From contig NC_043003.1 in assembly GCF_006345805.1 (NCBI RefSeq), positions 87,172,001 to 87,236,000 on the forward strand: a stretch of DNA of 64,000 nucleotides, in the 5' to 3' direction. Positions 10,755-21,920 of this stretch are shown here, in pieces. The notes under the pieces were generated by a model that saw nothing but the letters and a program-made list of their open reading frames with translations, was not told where the DNA came from and did no database searches. The DNA comes from Octopus sinensis (Eukaryota). The position numbers were made by a program, and so were the translations under genes. Numbering within the stretch: position 1 is the first letter of the stretch; each line of letters begins with the position of its first letter.

Positions 10755-11099
10755 AGTTTCAGTTGAATTAGGTACTTAAGTTGAGGCACTTAATTATGTC
10801 AGAATAATACACACATACAACAATATTATGTAAATATAACTTTGGTACAGAAGTACCGGCAGAATGATATTCTTGCAATGCATGCAGACAATTTGACCCA
10901 GCTGAGTATATAATCCTCTCTCGAGCTATTCATACATGTACATTTTATTAAATATACAGTCCATAATATACTTCAGGATTTGCGAAGGGCATGTTCTAAA
11001 ATAGGTGAATAAAATATAAATAAGTAACAATTGAAGGACAGGACTCAATTCAATATGGCCGTTTTTAATGACTCCTTTCACTGATTAATGAGTACATTA

Positions 11100-11365
11100 T
11101 ATCATCATCATCATCATCATCATCGTTTAACGTCCGCTTTCCATGCTAGCATGGGTTGGACGATTTTGACTGAGGGCTGGCGAACCAGGTGGCTGCACCA
11201 GGCTCCAATCTTGATTTGGCAGAGTTTCTACAGCTGGATGCCCTTCCTAACGCCAACCACTCCGAGAGTGTAGTGGGTGCTTTTTACGTGCCACCAGCAC
11301 AGGGGCCAGTCAGGCGATACTGACAACGACCTCGCTCGAATCCTTTTACACATGCCACTGGCACA
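11100..11365 (-). mobile_element. RTE 3'-tail fragment
   Basis: (CAT)n plus conserved tail. Confidence 0.9.
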
Positions 11366-11415
11366 GCGATTATAAAGAAACCATTTTCCTCACATTAATA
11401 TATCAACTTTACTAT

Positions 11416-11549
11416 TAAAGACATTTCAAATGATTTAAAATCCATGGAGCCACTATTTCAGTTTCTATAAACTGAAATAGTAACAGAATCAGTGAAAATG
11501 TTTTGCTCCATGGATTTTAAAATATGTTAAATCAGTTGGAATGTCTTTA
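11416..11549. repeat. nested fold-back (MITE-like)
   Basis: Outer arms taaagacatttcaa/ttggaatgtcttta and tttaaaatccatggagc/gctccatggattttaaa; inner perfect 13-bp hairpin 11452-11481. Confidence 0.7.
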
Positions 11550-11681
11550 ATTGTGAAGCTCATGCATTAATCTGAGGAAAACAGCTCCTTTATAATAATA
11601 TAATGTACTCATTAACCAATTAAAGGAGTCATTAGAAACGGCTGTAATGAATAGATACCTGTCCTTCAGTTGTTACTTATT

Positions 11682-11683
<2 letters not shown>

Positions 11684-11720
<37 letters not shown>

Positions 11721-11975
11721 ATGTGTGAGTGTATGTCTTTGTGTGTGTGTTTGTGTGTGTGTGTGTGTTTGTGTATGTGTGTGTGCATGTGTGTGTTTGT
11801 GTGTGTGTATGTGTGTTTGTTTGTGTGTGTGTGTATGTGTGTGAGTGTGTGTTTGTGTGTGTGTGTATGTGTGTGTGTGTGTGCATGTGTGTGTTTGTGT
11901 GTGTGTATGTGTGTTTGTGTGTGTGTGTGTGTTTGTGTATGTATGTGTTTGTGTGTGTGTGTGTGCGTATGTATG
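11684..11975. repeat. degenerate (TG)n microsatellite
   Basis: Directly visible. Confidence 0.95.
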
Positions 11976-12357
11976 CCTCAATATCTCCCAAAACTAGAAA
12001 CACTTAATTACATATTGTTCTAATATAATGAAACTATCAATGGACTCAAGCACACAATATCAGCACATTTAATGACAGAAACAATAAAACAACCACAAAC
12101 CATGCAAACATTAACAAGGTTTAACAAAAATGAAGGGCATAAAAGATTCATAGACAACAAGTATATCACACATTTATCCCTGTCATCAGCTGCCTATAAT
12201 TCTCACCTGTTTGAGCTGTTGCTGGACAAAACTCATTACCACTGAAATAGATCGTGTTTTTAAACACAGCACATGCGTAACAGATACTATCTTCAGACAA
12301 ATACTGTAGTAAGCTTGCCTTTTTCGAAATGCATTTACACTAATTTGATAGAGACAG

Positions 12358-13032
12358 AACACACACACACATGCATGCACACACACACACATGCATGCAC
12401 ACAGACACATGCATGCACACACACACATGCATGCATGCACACACACACATGCATGCATGCACACACATGCATGTACACGCATGCATGCACACACATACAT
12501 GCACACACATACATGCATGCACACACACATGCATGCACACACACATGCATGTACACACACATGCATGCACACACACATACATGCACACACACATGCATGC
12601 ACACACATGCATGCACACACACATACATGCACATACACATGCATGCACACACATGCATGCACACACATGCATGCACACACAAATGCATGCACACACACAT
12701 GCATGCACATACACATGCATGCACACACACATGCATGCACACACATACATGCACACGCACATGCATGCACACACACACATGCATGCACACACACACATGT
12801 ATGCACACACACATGCATGCACACACATGCATGCACACACACATACATGCACACACACATGCATGCACACACACATGCATGCACACACACACATACATGC
12901 ATACATGCACACATACATGCACACACACATGCATGTACACACACATGCACACACACATGCATGCACACACAAATGCATGCATACATGCACACATGCACGA
13001 ACATACACACATACACACACACACACACACAC
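12358..13032. repeat. (CA)n/(CATG)n minisatellite, alternating purine-pyrimidine
   Basis: Units such as cacacatgcatgca; explains the 229-282 aa low-complexity ORFs. Confidence 0.95.
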
Positions 13033-13702
13033 AATCATCATCATCATCATCATAATTTAATGTCCATTTTCCATGTTGGCATAGAGTGGATGGTTTGACT
13101 GAAAGCTGGGGAGCTGCACCAGGTTCCAATCTGATTTGGCATTGTTTCTGCTGTTAGAAGACCTTCCTAACACCAACCACTCCAAGAGTGTAACAGGTGC
13201 TTTTTAAGTGCCACCAGCATGGGTACCAGTTGAATAACACCGGCATTGGCCATGACTATGTTGTCACTTGGCGGCACAAGTCTTCTCAATCACGGTATAT
13301 TACCAAAGGTCTCAGTCACTTGTCACTGACTCCACGAGGCCCAACGTTTGTAGGGTATCTTTTATATATCACTGGTATGGATGCTAGTTATGTGACACTA
13401 GCATCGGCCACAACTATGATTTCACTTGGTTTTATGGGTCTTCTCAAGCTCAGCATATCACTCAACTCAACATTCGATGGGTGCTGTTTACATTCCATCA
13501 GCATGGGTGCCAGTTACAGAACATTACCATCAGCCACAACTATGATTTCAGATGGTTTGATGGGTTTTCTCAAGCATGGCTTATTGTCAAAGGTCTCGGT
13601 AATTTGCCATTGCCTCCATGAGGCCCACCATTTGAAGATCATGTTTCATCACCTTGTCCCATGTCTTTCTAAGTCTACCTCTTCCACGGGTTTCCTCCAC
13701 TG

Positions 13703-14205
13703 TTAACCCTTTTGATAACAACCCAGCCAAAACCACCTCTGGCTCTGTAGTACAAATGTCTTACTTTCATAAGTATTGAATTAAAATCTTCCACCAAACC
13801 TTAGTCACAATTTATGTTCCCAACACTAGCCTAATGATAACTAAGTTATTTTACTAAATTCCATGTTATATGTGGCTGTTGCCAGCCTCGCCTGGCCCCC
13901 GTGCCGGTGGCATGTAAAAAGCACCATCCGATTGTGACCGTTTGCCAGCCTCATCTGGCACCTGTGCCGGTGGCACATAAAAAGCACCCACTACACTCAT
14001 GGAGTGGTTGGCGTTAGGAAGGGTATCCAGCTGTAGAAACATTGCCAGATCAGACTGGGCCTGATGCAGCCTTCTGGCTTCCCAGACCCAATTGAACCGT
14101 CCAACCCATGCTAGCATGGAAAGCGGACGCTAAACGAAGATGAATTAAAATTAATTGAATGAAACACAGAGCATCTCAAAATAAATACGGTAACGAAAGG
14201 GTTAA
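13703..14205. mobile_element. piggyBac-type MITE with TTAA TSD
   Basis: TTAA-ccctttt.. at 13703 and ..cgaaaggg-TTAA ending at 14205. Confidence 0.8.
13875..14140 (+). mobile_element. RTE 3'-tail inserted in the MITE
   Basis: Conserved tail ending aagcggacgctaaacgaagatg. Confidence 0.9.
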
Positions 14206-14911
14206 AGATTGGTACTTCTTCACACAGCTGTCCTCATCCATATGCATCTCATGACCACACCAATGCAGTCATCTCTCTTGCACACCATGTCTGATGACTC
14301 TTACTCTGTCATACATGCAAATTGACATTGCACATCCAGCGAAAGCAGTAATTGCCCAAATGAGGAATAATCCACTGGCTACTCATCAGACCAAAGATCG
14401 AATGAAGTTCATATTGTCATCAAAGGCTCCCATGTTGACTTGCAGGAGATTCAATCAAAAATGAGGTTCTGCTAGCTGTCAAAATATATAGCCTGGATTT
14501 TATCTACTCCATTCCCTAATTTTGGATTTTTATTCACATACACATCAAACCCAGCTGTTAACCATAAGCTATAAAACAACTTTTTCAGCTTATTGAATTT
14601 CAATATGGAAAAAATTTATGATCTTTTTCATCAATAAACCGCTATTGTTCCTGAAAGTTGTTTTGCATACCTTCTATAGACAGCTTGTAGCTTACTAACT
14701 TCCCACACCTTGATCCTGGGATCTTACCTTTACACACACACATATGCACACACACACACACGTATCCATTTAGCTTGTTTATGGGAAATGTTTTTGGGTA
14801 TGCACATAAAAGCTCCAATGTATTATGCCAGCTACAGTCTAGTGATCCCAACATGCAACAGCAGTTTGATAGGATTGTACCAAACTATGTCAATATTATG
14901 CAGGATAAATT

Positions 14912-15085
14912 TAGTAATAATAATAACAATAATCCATGGATGGAATTTATACACATTTTAATGTATTGCTTCCTGTGTTTCCATCCCGGGAATGCAGACA
15001 AAGGTCACAAAAACATGTGATTTGTGGAAATGTGCACAGCAATACATTATAATATTTATAGATTTCATCCATGGATTATTATTAC

Positions 15086-15090
<5 letters not shown>
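14912..15090. repeat. imperfect palindrome, about 180 bp
   Basis: taataatccatggatg-like arm vs catccatggattatta, and aatgtattgct vs agcaatacatt. Confidence 0.6.
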
Positions 15091-15131
<41 letters not shown>

Positions 15132-15265
15132 ATGAGGGTGTCTAAGAGACACCAACATGCCGAAATAGCAGTCGAAACTCTGACTATAAAAACCACGTTA
15201 AGGGTTCGTGTCGCACCATGAAATAAGACAGATAGACAAAATATACAAGCAAAAATTATTGAATA

Positions 15266-15324
15266 ATTCAAGATCCAGGATTTCTGGTTTTGCTTTAAAT
15301 AAGCTTTACCGTCATCGGTTGAAT
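15266..15324 (-). ncRNA. variant type-I HHR, monomer 1
   Basis: attcaa-CCGATGA-cggt aaa gctt attta aagc aaa acca-GAAA-tcctgg-ATC-ttgaat: perfect 6-bp stem I, extended stem II, near-palindromic stem III; U4>C and a C.A mismatch at the base of stem II. Confidence 0.6.
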
Positions 15325-15669
15325 ATATCAAGAGTACATAAATACAGATATATACATGCTGAACAAACGATATACTTACATATACGAACGTCCATACATA
15401 AATACATATGCACGTATGCACGCGGCCAGTTAAATTACCCGCCGAATCATCCCAAAGTACGACACGGTTAAAATAAACACCGCAGTGAAAATAATAACGA
15501 ATTATATATATTATATATATATATATATAATTAAAAATGAGGGTGTCTAAGAGACACCAACATGCCGAAATAGCAGTCGAAACTCTGACTATAAAAACCA
15601 CGTTAAGGGTTCGTGTCGCACCATGAAATAAGACAGATAGACAAAATATACAAGCAAAAATTATGAATA

Positions 15670-15728
15670 ATTCAAGATCCAGGATTTCTGGTTTTGCTTT
15701 AAATAAGCTTTACCGTCATCGGTTGAAT
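15670..15728 (-). ncRNA. variant type-I HHR, monomer 2
   Basis: Identical to 15266-15324. Confidence 0.6.
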
Positions 15729-16208
15729 ATATCAAGAGTACATAAATACAGATATATACATGCTGAACAAACGATATACTTACATATACGAACGTCCATA
15801 CATAAATACATATGCACGTATGCACGCGGCCAGTTAAATTACCCGCCGAATCATCCCAAAGTACGACACGGTTAAAATAAACACCGCAGTGAAAATAATA
15901 ACGAATTATATATATTTATATATGAGGATAATATCGATATTTAAGTATCCATATTATCTAGTGGCCAGCATGGGAAAAATACCGTACAAAGGTAATAATT
16001 TTTAACAATTAAGCAGTTTGCAATGCTTCATCAAAAAGGAGAATTATAATTGTCACTAAAAGTGACTAGGGTGTTAAGAAATACCTATATTGCAAGAAAT
16101 AAGAGCTAAAGTGCTCTAATGCTGTAGTTAACACATGTGAATGAAACATATACACTAACAGGGACCATAATTGAGAATGCCAATTGAGAATTCTTAATAT
16201 TGCCATCG

Positions 16209-16236
16209 GTTTCAGCAATTTCTGTTGCCTCATCAG
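16209..16236 (-). ncRNA. HHR core relic
   Basis: CTGATGA-ggcaa-cagaaa-ttgct-GAAAC; no valid NUH triplet or stem I. Confidence 0.35.
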
Positions 16237-16421
16237 TTAAGCCTGCTCAGTTGTTTGGCTTTTTCTAGACCCACTTTGCTATTAGTGTTTATGTTTTCAT
16301 CATCCAAATTATTGGATGATTTAATGATTCGCTAATGTGTATATATAAAATAAATATAAACAGCAGTTTGCAATGTTTCACCAAAAAGAAACACCTACAT
16401 TGCAAGAAATAAGAGCTAAAG

Positions 16422-16475
<54 letters not shown>

Positions 16476-16482
<7 letters not shown>

Positions 16483-16571
16483 CAAATTAGAGACAAAACC
16501 ACTATTATGCAAATCAAGTCTTTCTTTGTTTGATTTGCATAATAGTGGTTTTGTCTCTAATTTGATATAAT
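16476..16571. repeat. perfect 42-bp-arm hairpin, 12-nt loop
   Basis: attatatcaaattagagacaaaaccactattatgcaaatcaa and its exact reverse complement; single-arm homolog at about 43105-43160. Confidence 0.95.
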
Positions 16572-16649
16572 ATAATATTTTACTATAAAATTGGATTCAA
16601 TCTTAAATCTGATTTTTCCTTGTAAATTTGGATTTATTCCCTAATATTT

Positions 16650-16712
<63 letters not shown>

Positions 16713-16885
16713 CACCAAGTAAGTTAGGGGTTATGGATTCAACCCACTAAGGGATAGTATTTATCCAATATACTGTTGGTATAATACCCAAAATTCTTAA
16801 TACACAAATGTTTTTAATTGCAATGCAATTAACTTATTTATTGTATTAAATGGGTGAAGGTAAAGAAATATTTTACTATTAATTT

Positions 16886-17292
16886 ATAATACAAATAAGA
16901 AAATGGAGAAACAATTTAGTTGGTTCATCAGCTTTCAGATATTAGAATGTTGAATTATTTATTCATTTAACAAAAATGAGAACCTTATTAGCATACATAT
17001 ATACATTATAATTCAATACATATATACATTATAATTCAATACATATAAGATAAGAATACAATTATAAAAATCATAATATAAATTATTGAAATCATTAAAA
17101 TCACTCCTTACAGCTGTTTCAGCCTATGGATAAAAGTAGTTTTTTTTCAGTGCCTATAGTTGTCAATTATATTGAGGTTGTAGGCACTATTAAAGTTCTC
17201 ATTTTTGTTAAATAAATAAATAATTCAACATTCTAATATCCGAAAGCTGATGAACCAACTAAATTGTTTCTCCATTTTCTTATTTGTATTAT
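16886..17292. repeat. inverted repeat, 78-bp arms, about 250-bp spacer
   Basis: 16886-16963 vs 17215-17292 with one mismatch. Spacer holds an HHR 3' half (GAAAC-agct-GTA) on the minus strand at about 17103-17125. Confidence 0.9.
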
Positions 17293-17431
17293 ATATATAT
17301 ATATATATATATACATATATATATACACACACACACACACACAGAGTTTTACATTATCAAGTAGTGTATTACAGATTATGACATTATGTTAGTATGTATG
17401 TATGTGTGTATGTATGTATGTATGTATGTAT

Positions 17432-18240
17432 ATAGAACCAGCTATCTTGGATGCAGGAACAATTCAGAAGGTAGTAGAAAAGTTTGTCTACCTGGGCAGC
17501 ACACTCAGCCGTTCTTGCTCCCTGGATGAGGAAATATCTTTCAGGTGGCAGAGAGCAACTAATTCCTTCCGGTCTCTTCAGTCTCGTGTCTGGTCCCAAC
17601 ATGGCATCGCAAGAACCAAAGTTGCTGTGTACCGTGCTTGTGTACTGACATCACTTCTCTACTCATGTGAGACATGGACTCTGTACAAACGTCAGGTAAG
17701 GGTCCTTGAACGTTTTCATCAGAGATGTCTCAGACACATTCTCAATCCTGAGGACAACTGATATCTTGAGTATTGAGACAATGGTACACAAGCACCAGTT
17801 GCGTTGGACTGGACACCTTATTAGAATGGAGGATAGAAGGATTCCTAAGCAGATGCTCTATGGAGAACTTGTGAATGGAAGGAGACTCCGGCAGAAACCA
17901 AGGCTGCGATTTAAGGACTGTCAAGTCCTCGTTAAAGGCCTTTGATATGCAGGACACTGACTGGGAGAACAATGCCTGTCATCGCCACAGATGGAGGAAG
18001 CAGGTTAAGGAGGGGATCGACACTTTTGAGAGAGCATGTATCCAGCATGAAGAACTTAAGTGAAAGCGCACGGCTCGTATAGTGAATGGGGAAAGCTTGG
18101 TCTGCAATGTTTGCAGTCGTGTATGCTTGTCAAGAGCAGGGCTCATTAGCCACCAACGGAGCTGCAAATGCAAAATATAAGTTAGTCCTAGAGCGCACAA
18201 TGTTCCTGAAGGCCATCATGTATGTACGTATGTATGTATG
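17432..18240 (+). mobile_element. RTE-BovB-like LINE 3' fragment with C-terminal zinc finger
   Basis: FVYLGSTLS..LLYSCETWTLY..LERFHQRCLRHIL..QLRWTGHLIRMEDRRIPKQMLYGEL..CNVCSRVCLSRAGLISHQRSC; (ATGT)n tail; frameshifts. Confidence 0.9.
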
Positions 18241-18368
18241 TAAGCAATCAGAAAGTTAGCATTGGTTTTATGATCTGAAATTACACTTAACAATACATAT
18301 GACTCAAATTCTGTTTTTGATTGTGCTTTCTTTTTTATCAATGGACAACTGAGTGATAATATGTTGTT

Positions 18369-18667
18369 TGTTCCTTCTCGCGCTATGCCTGGCTCATAAG
18401 AGCCAGTTTCTTGGTTTCTTTAGCATATAAGTTCCCCACCTGGACGGGACGCTGGTCCATGGCAAGTGAGCTGCAAGATGCAGGGGGAAAGAGTGAGAGA
18501 AAGTTGTGGCGAAAGAGTCAGCAAAAGTCCGCTATTACCTTCTGCCGGAGCCGCGTGGAGCTTAAGTGTTTTGCTCATAAACACACACATCGCACGGTCT
18601 GAGATTCAAACCCGCGATCCCTCGAGCGCAAGTCCGCTGCTCTAACCACTAAGCCATGTGCCTCCAC
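18369..18667 (-). mobile_element. tRNA-derived SINE family C
   Basis: Sense head ggaggcacatggcttagtggttagagcagcggact..ggtttgaatctc. Confidence 0.85.
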
Positions 18668-19149
18668 TAGTGATAATATGAGTGTACATATATCTACAGA
18701 TTTCATATATTAAGAAAAAAGATGTAGTCAAAATTTTTGATAATTTCTAATCAAAAGACTCAAGAGACTCTTGATATATATAATAATTGATAAGGTTTTT
18801 TTTTACAGTTAGTAAATATTATGTCTAGCATATTCGTTTAAATTAACACTTTAATAAAATAAATCACTATTTACTAACTAACTATGAATCTATATTAATA
18901 GAAATTGATATGTATATATATATATTTATATAAATATGAAATGATGTCTATATTTTCTATCCCTATATAAGATACTAAAATTTATTGGAATCCTTTGGAA
19001 AAACTATCTAAAGGATATTTATTTAAAATTCACAAGCGAAATTATGGCTGTTAAATGGCAAGGAACATTAAAAATCTCTAGAGCATTAGTAGTCTCTATT
19101 TTCCCTACCCCACTAGCTTCAGCCTACTAACTTTTGCTAAAATACATTC

Positions 19150-19555
19150 AAATATGCCTAAGTTAAATTCCTCAAAATGAGGATGGATTTATGGCTTTGG
19201 TATTTGTACTACCCCTTCATCTTTCAATAAATAGAAAAATTTCTTGTTTATCTCCATTGAATCAAATGAAGACACCCCCTCCCCATTGGTAGATCTGAAT
19301 AACAAAGTGAACTCAATGATAAAAAATCTGCAGATGGGGAAGGACATTCTACTACCATGTACTTAATGAGGAAATTAACCTCTCTGTCTATATATCTACC
19401 CTCTTTGTAAAGTTGGCAAATGAAATAAATATAAAAATGTACGTTGTCTATTTAATTAAAAAATTCTATATGTGGCTGAAGATTGCTCGGCATTTTAAAA
19501 CTGATGTAATACTTAGAGTGTTTAATAAAATGAAGTAGCATGAAACGATTGTACT
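19150..19555 (+). mobile_element. possible PLE relic with decayed HHR (19501-19553)
   Basis: GFGICTTPSSFNK resembles the PLE KGLNFCPTP segment. ctgatgtaatactt..taataaaatga..gaaacgattgta is homologous to 4448-4502. Confidence 0.35.
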
Positions 19556-19710
19556 GCACTACCTTGGATATCCTATATATATATATATATTTCTCTGGTG
19601 TTTGGTGAATTTTCTCTGGAGAACATTCTTTCTTTGTAGTTAGATCGTATGTGATCTTCTTCTAGCATATGGCTATCCACCTAGTGGATTTTTTAGCCCT
19701 AGATACACAC

Positions 19711-19744
<34 letters not shown>

Positions 19745-19869
19745 TATATATATATTATATATAATATATATATATATATTATATATATATTATATATATA
19801 TATATATATTACATATATATATATATATACATATATATATACATATATATATATATATATTTATTTATG

Positions 19870-20095
19870 TGTATGTGTCTTTGTGTTTATGTTTGTCTCC
19901 CTATCATCACTTGACAACCAATGTTGGGCTTTTTACATCCTCGAAACTTTACAGTTCAGCAAAAAAAGACTGACTGAATAAGTACTAGGCTCACAAAGAA
20001 TAAGTCCTGCGGTCAATTTCTTCTACTAAAAAACCCTCTGAAGTGGTGCTCCAGCAAGGCTGCAGTCGAATGACTGAGACAAGTAAAAAAAATAA
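19870..20095 (+). mobile_element. SINE family A 3' half
   Basis: cttgacaacc..ataagtactaggct..ggtgctccagc. Confidence 0.8.
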
Positions 20096-20163
20096 CACGA
20101 GGAAAGCTAACATGCTACAGGTAGATGTAGAGAAAACTGCGACCAGCAGAGGCCAGTAGCGTC

Positions 20164-20384
20164 AGGAGTGGCTGTGTGGTAAGTAGCTTGTTTACCAACC
20201 ACATGGTTCCGGGTTCAGTCCCACTGCGTGACACCTTGGGCAAGTGTCTTCTACTATAGCCTCAGGCCGACCAAAGCCTTGTGAGTGGATTTGGTAGACG
20301 GAAACTGAAAGAAGCCCATCATATATATGTATATATATGCATGTGTGTGTTTGTGTGTCTGTGTTTGTCCCCCTAGCATTGCTT

Positions 20385-20385
<1 letters not shown>
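20164..20385 (+). mobile_element. SINE family A 5' part, truncated
   Basis: Near-consensus head; breaks at cttgac. Confidence 0.9.
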
Positions 20386-20797
<412 letters not shown>

Positions 20798-21016
20798 CAG
20801 CGGTTGTGTAGGAAGTTGGGGATAAGAAACAGGAAGAAAGATTGAGAGAAAGTTGGAGCGAAAGAGTACAACAGGGGTCACTACCACCCCCTGCCAGAGC
20901 CTTGTGGAGCTTTAGGTGTTTACGCTCAATAAACACACACAACGCCCGGTCTGGGAATCGAAACCGCGATCCTCTGACCACGAGTCCGCTGCCCTAACCA
21001 CTGTGCCATTGCGCCT
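20798..21016 (-). mobile_element. SINE family C, 3'-truncated
   Basis: Matches 49988-50213. Confidence 0.9.
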
Positions 21017-21454
21017 CCTGCTGCTGCTGCTGATGATGATGGTAATGATGATGGTGATGTTGATAATGATGGTTCTCCTGGAAAACAGTACAATTGATAG
21101 AGCATCTGAGAAAATATCTGTGTTATTTAGTTTTGTTTTTTTGCATCCTATGTTCCAATCCTGCTGAGATTGGGTAAATATTCTTGTAAACCATTGTAAA
21201 TGTAAAAAGAATAGTAAAAGAAGACGAAATGAGACACTAGAGATATTATGGTGAGCTGTTTTTTTTGTCTTCTGTTGTAATTCCATTCACCTCTAGGTCA
21301 AAATATAGATATATATAAATAAACAGAGTACTTGACTGATACTAAATTTTATCAAAACTAGAAAGATGAAAGGTAAGGGGTTATTAATATTGATTTAAAA
21401 TTTTGGCACAAGGCCATAAGTGTTGTGTGTGTGGGGGGGGCAGTTATTAATACC

Positions 21455-21920
21455 CTTTTCTATTCTAGGCACAAGGCCTGAAATTTGGGGGGAGGGGACC
21501 AGTTGCTTAGATCAACCCTGGTATACAACTGGTACTTAATTTATTGACCCCGGAAGGATGAAGGGCAAAGTTGATCTCAGTGGAATTTGAACTCAGAACG
21601 TAAAGACAGACAAAATACCTATTTCTTTACTACCCACAAGGGGCTAAACACAGAGAGGACAAACAAGGACAGACAAATGGATTAAGTCGATTACATCGAC
21701 CCCCAATGCATAACTGGTACTTAATTTATCGACCCTGAAAGGATGAAAGGCAAAGTCGACCTTGGCAGAATTTGAACTGAGAATGTAATGGCAGACGAAA
21801 TACAGCTACGCATTTCGCCCAGCATGCTAACGATTCTGCCAGCTCGCCGCCTTATAAGACAGACAAAATACCTCTAAGCATTTCACCTGGCGTGCTAACA
21901 TTTCTGTTAACTCACTGCCT
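21455..21920 (-). mobile_element. SINE family B with a second family B copy (21621-21855) nested inside
   Basis: 18-bp TSD aagacagacaaaatacct at 21603-21620 and 21856-21873. Confidence 0.9.

Larger units (their letters stand above)
13035..14345 (-). mobile_element. RTE LINE 3' portion (C-terminal ORF plus tail), interrupted
   Basis: Tail at 13035; coding remnant runs to 13702 and resumes at 14206 (agattggtacttcttcacacagctgtcctcatcc). Confidence 0.8.
15124..15915. repeat. tandem dimer of a 404-405 bp unit, (TA)n-flanked
   Basis: 15124-15509 and 15529-15915 appear identical except for one 1-bp indel outside the TA linker; CpG-rich relative to flanks. Confidence 0.95.
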
